A DNA stretch of 49,685 nucleotides from a virus, in the IMG/VR virus record IMGVR_UViG_3300044652_000026, positions 1-49,685 of that record, one strand, 5' to 3'. The position numbers and the translations under genes are program-made. Shown one piece after another: positions 1 through 7,454 of the stretch (positions are counted from its first letter, which is position 1; the number at the start of each line of letters is the position of its first letter). The notes beneath the pieces are model-generated. The model was given only the letters and a program-made list of their open reading frames with translations. It was not told the DNA's origin and did not search any database.

Positions 1-127
1 ACGACCCCCGCGCCCCCGAGCTTCTGAGCGAAGCGGGGGATGCCTACGCTGAGGCGCTGACTGCCCTATATACCGAACAGGCTGCTGTCGTCAGCGGCCA
101 TACGGTCCTGCGCGAGGAGTTTCCTGC
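1..127. repeat. Exact 127-bp direct terminal repeat, copy 1 (identical to 49559..49685)
   Basis: Bases 1-127 (acgacccccgcgccc...gaggagtttcctgc) recur without mismatch as the last 127 bases of the window. Confidence 0.97.
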
Positions 128-224
128 GCCGGAGTCGTCTGTCGCTGACCCCTCTCAGGTCCCTGGAGCGGGCGAGACGCCCGTCGAGGACCCTGAGCAG
201 GGTTCCACCGCCGAAACCGCCTAG
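1..224 (+). CDS. 3' part of a hypothetical ~105-aa protein whose ATG is at 49465 (gene crosses the contig junction)
   Basis: The frame opened at ATG 49465 runs through the terminal repeat and stops at TAG 222-224. GC3-rich. Confidence 0.65.
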   Translation, partial: DPRAPELLSEAGDAYAEALTALYTEQAAVVSGHTVLREEFPAPESSVADPSQVPGAGETPVEDPEQGSTAETA

Positions 225-286
225 CGGCCCTCTGCTAGCCTCTCAGCGGCTTTCCATAACCGCCATTACATTGCGTTCGCGCTCAG

Positions 287-302
287 CTTGCGCTTTGTAA
301 AG
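287..302 (-). promoter_or_regulatory. Inverted 15/16 copy of the CTTGACAAAGCGCAAG motif with no usable -10 (candidate operator only)
   Basis: The plus strand reads cttgcgctttgtaaag, the reverse complement of CTTTACAAAGCGCAAG. No TAnnnT lies 16-18 nt downstream on the minus strand. Confidence 0.4.
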
Positions 303-352
303 TAGGATGGGGAGCAAACGCGGGGTGCTCCACCAAATTAGCCCCCAGAGCG

Positions 353-397
353 GCCCCGGCCGGGCCTTGAATCCTCACTCATCAGCCCGGCCGGGGC
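353..397. repeat. Perfect 12-bp GC-rich inverted repeat (hairpin) with 21-nt loop in an ORF-free region
   Basis: gccccggccggg (353-364) pairs with cccggccggggc (386-397). A second 7-bp hairpin, catcggc/gccgatg, lies at 410-429. Confidence 0.85.
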
Positions 398-532
398 GGG
401 GGTACCAGGCATCGGCACGTGGGCCGATGACCCGAATAGCCTAGCCATCCGTGCCTGACAACGCACGATAAGCGTCCTTATGTCTACCTAGCTGCGGCGA
501 GGGGGGTCACGCGACTTTGCAAGGGTCGGGGC

Positions 533-1264
533 GTGCCCGAAACCCCGATCTACAAATTCCCGTCGCCGGCCGATAGCGATGCGCCGGATGGTCCCGCTCA
601 GCTAAAAGCGCTCGCCGAAGCGCTGGAGGCCACTGCCTGGAAGCCCGCCAACATCTCGACCGGCGCGGTCGTCAACGCAGCACTCGAAATGGCGGTGCCG
701 ACCTCGGGCCTCATCCACCTCGGCCTCGGCACCGGGACGGTCAAAAAAATCGCCGCGGGCAAAAACGGCCAACTCCTGGTGATCTACTTCGCCGCCGCCG
801 TCAAAGTCGAAAACGGCGCCGGCAACATCGTCTTGGCTCAGGTCGGCAACTTCACGGCCGCAACCGGCGAAGTGCTGATCCTCGTCTACAACGAAGCAGC
901 TTCGGCGTGGGTCGAGGTCGAACGGGCAATTCCCGATGCGTCAGTGACCGAAGGGAAGCTCGGCACCGGTGTCGTCAGCCGCGCCAAGGTCGCCAGCGGG
1001 TCGTTCAAGACGGCCCGCTTCGAAACCGCGACGATCGGTGCGAACGAATCTTCGCTCGTCACGATCCTCTGGGGTTCCAAATTTGCCGACACGAACTACA
1101 CCGTCTCAGTCATGCCGGAGGTCGGAGTCGGCAGCACCTCGGCGGCTATAGTTGTCAAACGCCTTGAGAGCAAGGAAGCTGGCCAAATCAAAGTTCTGGT
1201 CAAGAACGAGGACGCCGGAGAAGCTCACAAAGCCACCCTCCACGCGATGGCCTGGCACGACTAG
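533..1264 (+). CDS. Hypothetical virion protein with a tail-fibre-like N-terminus, located outside the tail module
   Basis: 243-aa GC3-rich ORF with a GTG start. The N-terminus PIYKFPSPADSDAPDGPAQLKALAEALE resembles N-terminal motifs of actinophage minor tail/fibre proteins (from memory, not searched). Confidence 0.45.
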   Translation: MPETPIYKFPSPADSDAPDGPAQLKALAEALEATAWKPANISTGAVVNAALEMAVPTSGLIHLGLGTGTVKKIAAGKNGQLLVIYFAAAVKVENGAGNIVLAQVGNFTAATGEVLILVYNEAASAWVEVERAIPDASVTEGKLGTGVVSRAKVASGSFKTARFETATIGANESSLVTILWGSKFADTNYTVSVMPEVGVGSTSAAIVVKRLESKEAGQIKVLVKNEDAGEAHKATLHAMAWHD

Positions 1265-1602
1265 CGCGTCAGCTTCACCATGAACGTCTTCGGCTTCCCG
1301 AACGAGGCATAGCGCAGGCGCAGGCTCCCCGAGCCGGGGCCGCAGTGGACCACCGTCACGCGCACGACGATCCCGTAGCCCACGTAGGTCCCTGCGCATC
1401 CCGAGCCTCGCTGTTCGATTTCGCGGCCTCGATAGAACACGTAGAGGTGGGTCGGCGGCTTTTCGGGGATCGTCTCCGACTCCCAGGTTTGGAATCGGCT
1501 GGTTGCCGTCAGCTTCGCGCTCTGGACCGTCTTCGCTTGGGCTGGCGCCGCGATCGTCGCCAGGATCGCAGTGAACAGCGCAACGAGCAGGGCGCGCTTC
1601 AT
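1261..1602 (-). CDS. Small secreted protein (Sec-type signal peptide)
   Basis: Signal peptide MKRALLVALFTAILATIAAPAQA-KT. ATGA overlap with the upstream gene. Its stop shares a CTAG with the convergent gene 533..1264. Confidence 0.7.
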   Translation of the reverse strand: MKRALLVALFTAILATIAAPAQAKTVQSAKLTATSRFQTWESETIPEKPPTHLYVFYRGREIEQRGSGCAGTYVGYGIVVRVTVVHCGPGSGSLRLRYASFGKPKTFMVKLTR

Positions 1603-1778
1603 GGTTTCTTCGAGCCGAATATGGCCCGCCCCACTGCGAAGACGATGAACCCGAAGACAAGCCCGGCCATCGGACTGGCAATAACGATGGCGATCATCAG
1701 CGCAAGGCAGATCAGGGCGATCGGCAAGAGAACGAATGCGAGGCCCAACCAGCCTAGGGTGGAGGGAAGATTCTTCAT
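1599..1778 (-). CDS. 59-aa integral membrane protein (about 2 TM segments)
   Basis: Internal ATG (1778-1776) of track ORF 1599..2144. Hydrophobic core LGWLGLAFVLLPIALICLALMIAIVIASPMAGLVFGFIVFAV. Overlaps both neighbouring genes, consistent with translational coupling. Confidence 0.6.
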   Translation of the reverse strand: MKNLPSTLGWLGLAFVLLPIALICLALMIAIVIASPMAGLVFGFIVFAVGRAIFGSKKP

Positions 1779-2074
1779 CAGAACGACCCCACGTATTCGA
1801 TGCGTTTCCGGCCGCGATGGCACCGGATCGGGGAGGATCCGTTGACCGCGTGGCAGCGATAGCCGAGGACGCGAATCCTCGGCCCGCGCGACTGAGCCTT
1901 TTCGGCGAAGCGGTTGACGATGATGCGACCTTCCGGGCAGCCGGCGACTTTGACCTTCAACAGGCCGGGCATATCGGGAGTCGGGCAGTACTGCCAGGGT
2001 TTGGTTGCGGTGGCGGAGGATGCCGCGAAAAGCGCCAGCGCGCACACCGCGACCACTACAATTCTTCGCTGCAT
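1778..2074 (-). CDS. Small secreted Cys-rich protein
   Basis: Internal ATG (2074-2072) preceded by GGAGAGAGAGG. Signal peptide MQRRIVVVAVCALALFAASSATA. Five Cys in the mature part. The longer track ORF extension is G/S/P-rich and unconvincing. Confidence 0.65.
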   Translation of the reverse strand: MQRRIVVVAVCALALFAASSATATKPWQYCPTPDMPGLLKVKVAGCPEGRIIVNRFAEKAQSRGPRIRVLGYRCHAVNGSSPIRCHRGRKRIEYVGSF

Positions 2075-2248
2075 GGGAGCCTCTCTCTCCTGTGCCTGCC
2101 CCCAGGGCGGTGAGGTCGTCGCTGGGGGCGCTGTCGCCGCGCATCCTACCCCGTTTTCCGACGGGGAGGAGCGGTGGTCATAGCCACCATTATCGTGCGT
2201 TGCGGCGCCTAGAACCGCGCTAGAAAGCCGATTCGTTTTGGCACTGAG

Positions 2249-2277
2249 TTGACGTAACATCAGAGTCAGAGTAGACC
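2249..2277 (+). promoter_or_regulatory. Promoter candidate TTGACG-17-TAGACC upstream of the portal operon
   Basis: Hexamers and 17-nt spacer read directly, in the ORF-free divergent region 2075-2440. Confidence 0.5.
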
Positions 2278-2290
2278 CATCGGTTGCGGT

Positions 2291-2319
2291 TTGTCAAGTC
2301 GCCTCTGAACTGGTAGCCT
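2291..2319 (+). promoter_or_regulatory. Promoter candidate TTGTCA-17-TAGCCT (tandem with 2249..2277)
   Basis: Hexamers and 17-nt spacer read directly. Confidence 0.5.
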
Positions 2320-2458
2320 CTCCCCCATCGTGTGACCCGCGACGATGCCTCGGCCTCTCGTCCGCCGGTGACGCGGTTCATCGCCTCGGCCCGCCAACCC
2401 CTGCCGGCGGGCCGTTGGCGTTCTGGGGGGTGGCACCATTTTGGGTAGCGTGGTGCCA

Positions 2459-4954
2459 ATGAGCCGAGAGGACGCGATAGCCGCCGCTCGTACCCGCTTG
2501 GCGGCGAAGGCTGGACCCGTCTCGGCCGCGGCCATCGACCCCGCCGCCCAAAGGGGCGCCCCGACGACCGAGATTGGATCACCGGGAATGGTCCTCTCGG
2601 GCCTCGGCGGCTTCGGCGGCGCCCTCGGCTCGCGGCCGGACTGGAACTACTTCGTCGATGATCGCGAGTATGCGCCCGAGCTTCAGTGGCCGCAGTCAAT
2701 CCAGAAGTACGAACACATGGAAACCGACGCCGAGCTAAAGGGCCTGATGCTGGCGACGACTCTGCCAATCCGCCGCTTTCGCTGGGAGTTCGACCCCAAC
2801 AACGCCGATCCCAACGTGGTCGAGCAAATCGCCGAAGACTTCAATCTGCCGGTACGCGGCGAGGATCCGCGCCCGCCACGCCGCGGCGGCTTCAATCATG
2901 ACCGCCACATGGGCCACGCGCTGCGCGCGCTCACCCAGGGCCACTACCACTTCGAGGAAGTCGTCGAGCTTCGCGACGATGGACTGCTGCACCTGCTCAA
3001 GCTCGGCACGCGCCCGCCGCGGTCGATCATCGGCATCCGCACCGACGAGCATGGCAACCTAGTCGCGATCGAACAGCTGGCGGGAGGCTTTCCCCCCGGC
3101 GGCACGGTCCTGGGCGGCGTCACCGGCCTCGGCATCCGCACCCTGAAAGTCAACCCCACCGGAGCGGCCTTTGACAACCACGTCCTGACCTACCTCTGGG
3201 ACACCGCCGATGACGGCGACCAGGTCGGGCGCTCGATGCTTCGGGCCTGCTATCGCGATTGGCTGGTGAAGGACGCGCTGATCCGCGTCGACGCCGTAAA
3301 GCATGAGCGCAATGCGATGGGCATCCCCTGGTTCGAGGTTGATCCAGCGGCCTCGAAAGAGCAGATCGAATCCCTAGCCCAGCGCGCCGAAGAAATCCGC
3401 GCCTCGACGGTCGGCGGCGGCGCTGGGCCGGGCAAGCTGCGCATCGCCGGGGTCGAAGGCTCGCTGCCCGACACGATCGGCTCGATCCGCTACCACGACG
3501 AGCAAATGGCCAAGGCATTCGTGCTGCTGCTCTTCAACCTCGGCGGCGACGCGCGAACCGGCGCTCGCGCGCTCGGCGAAACCTTCGTGGATACCTATCT
3601 TGAGATGCAGGGCGCGATCGCCGACTGGTATGCCGAGGCCACGCAGGCCGTAATCGACCGCATGGTCGAGCGCAATTTCGGCCCCGACGTCCAAGCGCCG
3701 CTTCTGACCTATACCCGTATCGAGACGGCCGAGCTTGCCTTCTCTGACCTCGCGACCGGCGTCGAAAAGGGACTCATCGTCGTCGACGAGGAACTCAGTG
3801 CCTACATCGGCGAACGCTGGAAGATTCCCGGCCAGGCAGGCGCAGAAGCACCTACGCCGCCGCCTGCGCCCACCGAAGACGAACCGGAAGGGTCACCCCC
3901 CGATACGGCGCCCGCGGCCTCAGAGGGGCGCGCACGGCCTCAGCCGAAACGCTCGGCGCTCGCAGAGAAGATGGCTGCCGCGCTTACCGCCCCGATGACC
4001 TGGCCGCAGCTAGCCCGCGTCGTTGGCAGCGACCCGAAGAACGGCACCGCCAGGCGCGCTCGGGATCAGCTTCTCGCCGAAGGTGCCATCCTCAAATCGA
4101 GCGGCAAAAGCGGAAGTGGCACCCTTCAGCCGGTCGTAGCGCTCGAACTTCCCGCCCGCGACCTGAAGCGCGCGCCGCTCGCCTTCGAGGTCGCCGCGCA
4201 GGTCAACTTCGCGGCGATGGAGGAAACCTTCGAGCAGGGCCGGGCAACGCTGGTCGACGCCTACCGCTCCGCGCAGGCCCAGCAGATCGCGCAGCTAGTC
4301 GCCGCCGTCGAGGCCGCCGACGGAGACGCCGCAACCCTCGCCTCCCTGGAGTGCGATCCCATCGATGTCGAGGTCCTGGCGGACCCGATGCTGGTGATCG
4401 CCGAAGAAGGAGTCGCGTCGGCTCGTGCCGAGCATGAGGCGCAGGTCGGCGTTGCGGCGGGCGACGGCGACCAATCGGGACAAAATCGGCCTCAAAATCG
4501 CGGAATCGCACTCGCAGAGCCAGAAATCGATGTCGACCAACTGGACAAGATCGTGCGTGAACGCGCCGAGGCGGCGTCGCTGACGCTGGCGGCCGGGCTG
4601 GCGACCTCGGCGAGTAAGAAGGCCGCCGCGGTGTCGGCCCTCGCGCCTGAAGCCGCAGCCGCCGCCGTCAGCGAACACCTGAACTCGCTGTCGGATGCCG
4701 CGCTCGACGAGCAGCTGGGGGGCGCCACGCAGCAGGCGTACAACTCAGGGCGCCGCTCCTACATGCGGGCGGCCGGGCCGAAGGAAATCTACGCCTCCGA
4801 GATTCTGGACCGCAACACCTGCACCGCCTGCAACGCGAAGGACGGCACCGAGTATGCGACGCTCGCCGCCGCCGAGACGGACTACCCGATCGGCGGCTAC
4901 CTCGACTGCGAAGGCGGGCTGCGCTGCCGCGGGACCCTCGTCGCCGTGTACTAG
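2459..4954 (+). CDS. Portal protein fused to a C-terminal MuF / SPP1 gp7-like head-morphogenesis domain
   Basis: 832 aa from ATG 2459 (the track starts at TTG 2441). TAGCGT lies 7 nt upstream of the ATG. Portal-sized N-terminal part sits at the head-module start. A Pro/Ala-rich linker follows, then the MuF-type motif ILDRNTCTACNAKDGTEY...LDCEGGLRCRGTLVAV at the C-terminus. Confidence 0.75.
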   Translation: MSREDAIAAARTRLAAKAGPVSAAAIDPAAQRGAPTTEIGSPGMVLSGLGGFGGALGSRPDWNYFVDDREYAPELQWPQSIQKYEHMETDAELKGLMLATTLPIRRFRWEFDPNNADPNVVEQIAEDFNLPVRGEDPRPPRRGGFNHDRHMGHALRALTQGHYHFEEVVELRDDGLLHLLKLGTRPPRSIIGIRTDEHGNLVAIEQLAGGFPPGGTVLGGVTGLGIRTLKVNPTGAAFDNHVLTYLWDTADDGDQVGRSMLRACYRDWLVKDALIRVDAVKHERNAMGIPWFEVDPAASKEQIESLAQRAEEIRASTVGGGAGPGKLRIAGVEGSLPDTIGSIRYHDEQMAKAFVLLLFNLGGDARTGARALGETFVDTYLEMQGAIADWYAEATQAVIDRMVERNFGPDVQAPLLTYTRIETAELAFSDLATGVEKGLIVVDEELSAYIGERWKIPGQAGAEAPTPPPAPTEDEPEGSPPDTAPAASEGRARPQPKRSALAEKMAAALTAPMTWPQLARVVGSDPKNGTARRARDQLLAEGAILKSSGKSGSGTLQPVVALELPARDLKRAPLAFEVAAQVNFAAMEETFEQGRATLVDAYRSAQAQQIAQLVAAVEAADGDAATLASLECDPIDVEVLADPMLVIAEEGVASARAEHEAQVGVAAGDGDQSGQNRPQNRGIALAEPEIDVDQLDKIVRERAEAASLTLAAGLATSASKKAAAVSALAPEAAAAAVSEHLNSLSDAALDEQLGGATQQAYNSGRRSYMRAAGPKEIYASEILDRNTCTACNAKDGTEYATLAAAETDYPIGGYLDCEGGLRCRGTLVAVY

Positions 4955-4963
4955 ACTGCGGCC

Positions 4964-5128
4964 ATGCTGGAGGGCGAAAAGAAACTGCTGGCCGAACTGG
5001 GGAGGGCGCGCGAAGAAGTGGCCGCACTCGCCGCCCTATGTGAGCGCTACAAGATGGCGCTGGAAGCGGCGCAAGCCTGTGGCTATAGCAGCGACACCGA
5101 CAAGATCGTCAAGCTCGCACTGACCTAG
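4964..5128 (+). CDS. Hypothetical 54-aa protein
   Basis: ATG 4964 to TAG 5126-5128 (below the track length cutoff). Translates as MLEGEKKLLAELGRAREEVAALAALCERYK..., helical, GC3-rich. Confidence 0.45.
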   Translation: MLEGEKKLLAELGRAREEVAALAALCERYKMALEAAQACGYSSDTDKIVKLALT

Positions 5129-5135
5129 GTTCGCC

Positions 5136-5336
5136 GTGGAACGCCGCAAGCTGAAGGTCGGGATGCAGGTCGGCATCCGACCGGCGAACCGCGCCCGCGC
5201 AATCAGCCCCCGCCTCGCCACCGTGCGAGCGCTGATCGACAACTCGGGCTATCGGCAGAATCGCGCGCTGGTCGAGTACGCAGATAGCGGCATGCAGGTC
5301 GAAGTGCCGCTAGCTCGGATCGCTCCCACCACGTGA
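5136..5336 (+). CDS. Hypothetical 66-aa protein
   Basis: GTG start and strongly GC3-biased codons. Followed by an imperfect hairpin at 5350-5395. Confidence 0.6.
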   Translation: MERRKLKVGMQVGIRPANRARAISPRLATVRALIDNSGYRQNRALVEYADSGMQVEVPLARIAPTT

Positions 5337-5411
5337 AACGCCCCGCGCTGCCCGCCAGGCCGGTCAAAGGGAGAAGTTGGCCACCCGGCGGGCGCAGCAG
5401 GGACATCGCTC

Positions 5412-5440
5412 ACTGTAGACGTTCGCTTGCGCTTCGTCAA
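5412..5440 (-). promoter_or_regulatory. Minus-strand promoter candidate TTGACG-17-TACAGT containing an inverted 15/16 copy of the 16-nt motif
   Basis: Plus-strand cttgcgcttcgtcaag (5426-5441) is the reverse complement of CTTGACGAAGCGCAAG. The -10 TACAGT is the reverse complement of 5412-5417. It would drive RNA antisense to 5136..5336. Confidence 0.45.
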
Positions 5441-5456
5441 GCTGCGAATCGGCTAC

Positions 5457-5486
5457 TTGACAAACCGCCACCCCATGCGTTAGGGT
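5457..5486 (+). promoter_or_regulatory. Promoter candidate TTGACA-18-TAGGGT
   Basis: Shares CTTGACAAA with the repeated promoter family but lacks the GCGCAAG part. Confidence 0.55.
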
Positions 5487-5492
5487 CGCGGA

Positions 5493-5736
5493 AGTGTCGA
5501 TCGACGGATCGGCCAGGGTGTGACCGAATGGCCTTGACGCAGAGCGTAGGGGCTAAGGTGCTTTCGGCCTTCAAAAGGCCGCTCGCCAGAGGCAATCGCT
5601 GAGGCGGGTGGCTGGGGTCCCCGACTACACAGGGGGTCCAGGGTGGGACGGTGGTCCCAACGAGAGGCTTCGAGGATAGCCATGCTAAGGCAAGGCTCTG
5701 CCCTCGGATCGAGGTAGCCAGTCCTCGCGCCCGCCT
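5493..5736 (+). ncRNA. Candidate structured RNA or long 5' leader with no convincing ORF
   Basis: About 245 nt between a promoter and the next gene. Several local hairpins: ggccttcaaaaggcc, gggacggtggtccc, cctcggatcgagg. Only 9- and 24-codon ORFs are present. Confidence 0.3.
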
Positions 5737-5748
5737 TACTTTTCGACC

Positions 5749-6018
5749 ATGGATGCGCAAGAACTACTCACCGCCCCGGCCTCGACGCTGACTCGCAAGC
5801 AGCGCAAGGAACGCGCTGCCCTGAAGCGGCAGTTGGCCACGAAGATAGGTGTGCCTGCTGGCTACGAGGTGGGCGCGGTGCGCTGTAGGTCGATGCCAGT
5901 CCCGGTGGGCGTCGAGCAGATTGTCGTCGACCATCCAGAGTCGATCAAGCAGGCGATCGACTTGGGGAAGCTGGACCCGCGCGCCGGTAATGTCAGGGTC
6001 CGACTGGGTCCCTTTTAG
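5749..6018 (+). CDS. Hypothetical 89-aa protein
   Basis: GC3-rich ORF with no SD. TACTTT lies 6 nt upstream of the ATG (leaderless geometry). Confidence 0.65.
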   Translation: MDAQELLTAPASTLTRKQRKERAALKRQLATKIGVPAGYEVGAVRCRSMPVPVGVEQIVVDHPESIKQAIDLGKLDPRAGNVRVRLGPF

Positions 6019-6024
6019 GCGGCC

Positions 6025-6228
6025 GTGGCCCTCTTCCTCCGCTACTGCCCCGCCTGCAACTCGGCGATCCCCTCCGTCTCCCCGAAGGGCGAGTGCACCG
6101 AGTGCGGCGCCGCCCTGAAGATCGTCGATGCCTACGCCCTGATCCCCGAGCTTGGCGCGACGATCAGCGAGCCGCGCCGCCGCGAAGCGCTCGATGCCTG
6201 CACCGGGCACGACCGCCCTAGCGCTTGA
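6025..6228 (+). CDS. Small zinc-ribbon protein
   Basis: Paired CxxC motifs: YCPACNS...ECTECGA. Confidence 0.65.
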   Translation: MALFLRYCPACNSAIPSVSPKGECTECGAALKIVDAYALIPELGATISEPRRREALDACTGHDRPSA

Positions 6229-6253
6229 CAAAGCGCAAGCCACCGGGTAGATT
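6225..6253 (+). promoter_or_regulatory. Family promoter TTGACA-AAGCGCAAG...-TAGATT (17-nt spacer)
   Basis: cTTGACAAAGCGCAAGccaccggGTAGATT. ATG 6260 lies 6 nt after the -10. Confidence 0.7.
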
Positions 6254-6259
6254 CATGCC

Positions 6260-6412
6260 ATGAGCCGCATCCGCCGAATCCGCATCCTGCGGCACCTACC
6301 TGCGGTAATCAAGCGCCGCGCTATGCACGAGGTCTGGCTGGCCGACCTCGACTGGCCCTTCCCGACGTGGCAAGTCCGCGCCCGACCCTTCGATTGGGCT
6401 ATCGACGCATGA
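6260..6412 (+). CDS. Hypothetical 50-aa basic protein, probably translated from a leaderless mRNA
   Basis: ATG sits 6 nt after TAGATT. GC3-rich. Ends in an ATGA overlap with the next gene. Below the track cutoff. Confidence 0.5.
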   Translation: MSRIRRIRILRHLPAVIKRRAMHEVWLADLDWPFPTWQVRARPFDWAIDA

Positions 6413-6687
6413 GAGAAGGGGCGCTCTATAGCCGAGTGGATGAAAGCAGCGGAATCGAGTTGACGGTCTACCAGATGACCTTCGGCAAGGCGAGACTTTG
6501 CACGGGGCAGCCCGGGGCTATGACCTACGACGATGGCTGGTGCTATAGCGACCCGCGCATCGCAATTGAGGCCGCCATGCACTGGAACGGCGAAGGCGAT
6601 GCGCCTCTCGGTTGGCATCGGCAGATCAGCACTGGCCGTCGTCGCGAGAATCCATTCGACCCAAGCACTGAGTACGTGGCGCAATGA
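6409..6687 (+). CDS. Hypothetical 92-aa protein
   Basis: In-frame ATG 6409 of track ORF 6367..6687, coupled by ATGA to 6260..6412. Contains TVYQMTFGKARLCTGQ...GWCYSDPRIAIEAAMHWNGEGDAPLGWHRQ. Confidence 0.65.
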   Translation: MREGALYSRVDESSGIELTVYQMTFGKARLCTGQPGAMTYDDGWCYSDPRIAIEAAMHWNGEGDAPLGWHRQISTGRRRENPFDPSTEYVAQ

Positions 6688-6881
6688 CCGGTGAGGCGCT
6701 ACTCGACCTGCTCGCGATCTTGCATCAGCAGGGGATTCTCGACGAGGACGAGTACCGGCGCGCGGCCGATATGCTCGAAAGCGCCGCCGCCGAAGCCGCG
6801 CCCCTCGGCGGCCCGTCGAGCGTGGTCGATCGCCGCATCGGCCGCTATCGCAGCTACTTCCCGTTGACAATGGAGCGATGA
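6684..6881 (+). CDS. Hypothetical 65-aa protein
   Basis: ATGA-coupled, GC3-rich. Confidence 0.6.
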   Translation: MTGEALLDLLAILHQQGILDEDEYRRAADMLESAAAEAAPLGGPSSVVDRRIGRYRSYFPLTMER

Positions 6882-7090
6882 GCGCCCAAACGGCCCTCTA
6901 CGGCAAGATCGCCGCGACAGCGCTCATCGTGGGCGTTCTCTCATGCTGCCTGATGCTGCTTTCAACGATTTCCAAGGATGATGGTAAGGAGGGGATCGGG
7001 GAGCTATTTGCCCTAATCACGGTCTGCGCGATGGTCGCCACACTGGGAGCGGGGGCGACCTTCTTCCTTCGCTTGCTCTGGGTCGGTTAG
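6878..7090 (+). CDS. 70-aa membrane protein (2 TM)
   Basis: Hydrophobic stretches IAATALIVGVLSCCLMLL and LFALITVCAMVATLGAGATFFL. Confidence 0.65.
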   Translation: MSAQTALYGKIAATALIVGVLSCCLMLLSTISKDDGKEGIGELFALITVCAMVATLGAGATFFLRLLWVG

Positions 7091-7098
7091 CGACCCAT

Positions 7099-7452
7099 AT
7101 GATCCCCGAGTCCAAGCTGCGCGCCCTGCGCGAGCGCCTGGAGGCCGATGGCTCGGTGCGCTTCCAGAACGGCAGCCTAGTCGAGTACGAGGACTGCACC
7201 TTCTGCGACGGTCGCGGCCAGAAGATCACCGAAATCCACGGCGAAACCTACGAGCGCGACTGCGCCGCCTGCGGCACCGAGGGCGTCCGGCTGCTCGTCA
7301 CCCGGCCGCATGGTGGCAGGTCGCGCTTTCGGCTCGACGATGCCGAAATGCGCCGCGCCTACTCGATGGCGCTGAACGGGCCGGCTCCCAAGCCTGGTGC
7401 CGCCGAGCAAGCCGCGCGCGCCGCAGATCGCTTTGGCGACGTACCCTTCTAG
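7099..7452 (+). CDS. Zinc-finger protein (DnaJ-type CxxCxGxG plus CxxC)
   Basis: Motifs CTFCDGRGQ and CAACGTEG. Confidence 0.65.
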   Translation: MIPESKLRALRERLEADGSVRFQNGSLVEYEDCTFCDGRGQKITEIHGETYERDCAACGTEGVRLLVTRPHGGRSRFRLDDAEMRRAYSMALNGPAPKPGAAEQAARAADRFGDVPF

Positions 7453-7454
7453 CC

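Noticed and set aside
5203-5406. 67-aa minus-strand ORF starting 5 nt after the putative minus-strand -10
   Set aside because: Most of it is antisense to the GC3-rich gene 5136..5336, and the peptide is low-complexity (R/P/G/L/S). A non-coding antisense RNA is the better reading if the promoter is real.
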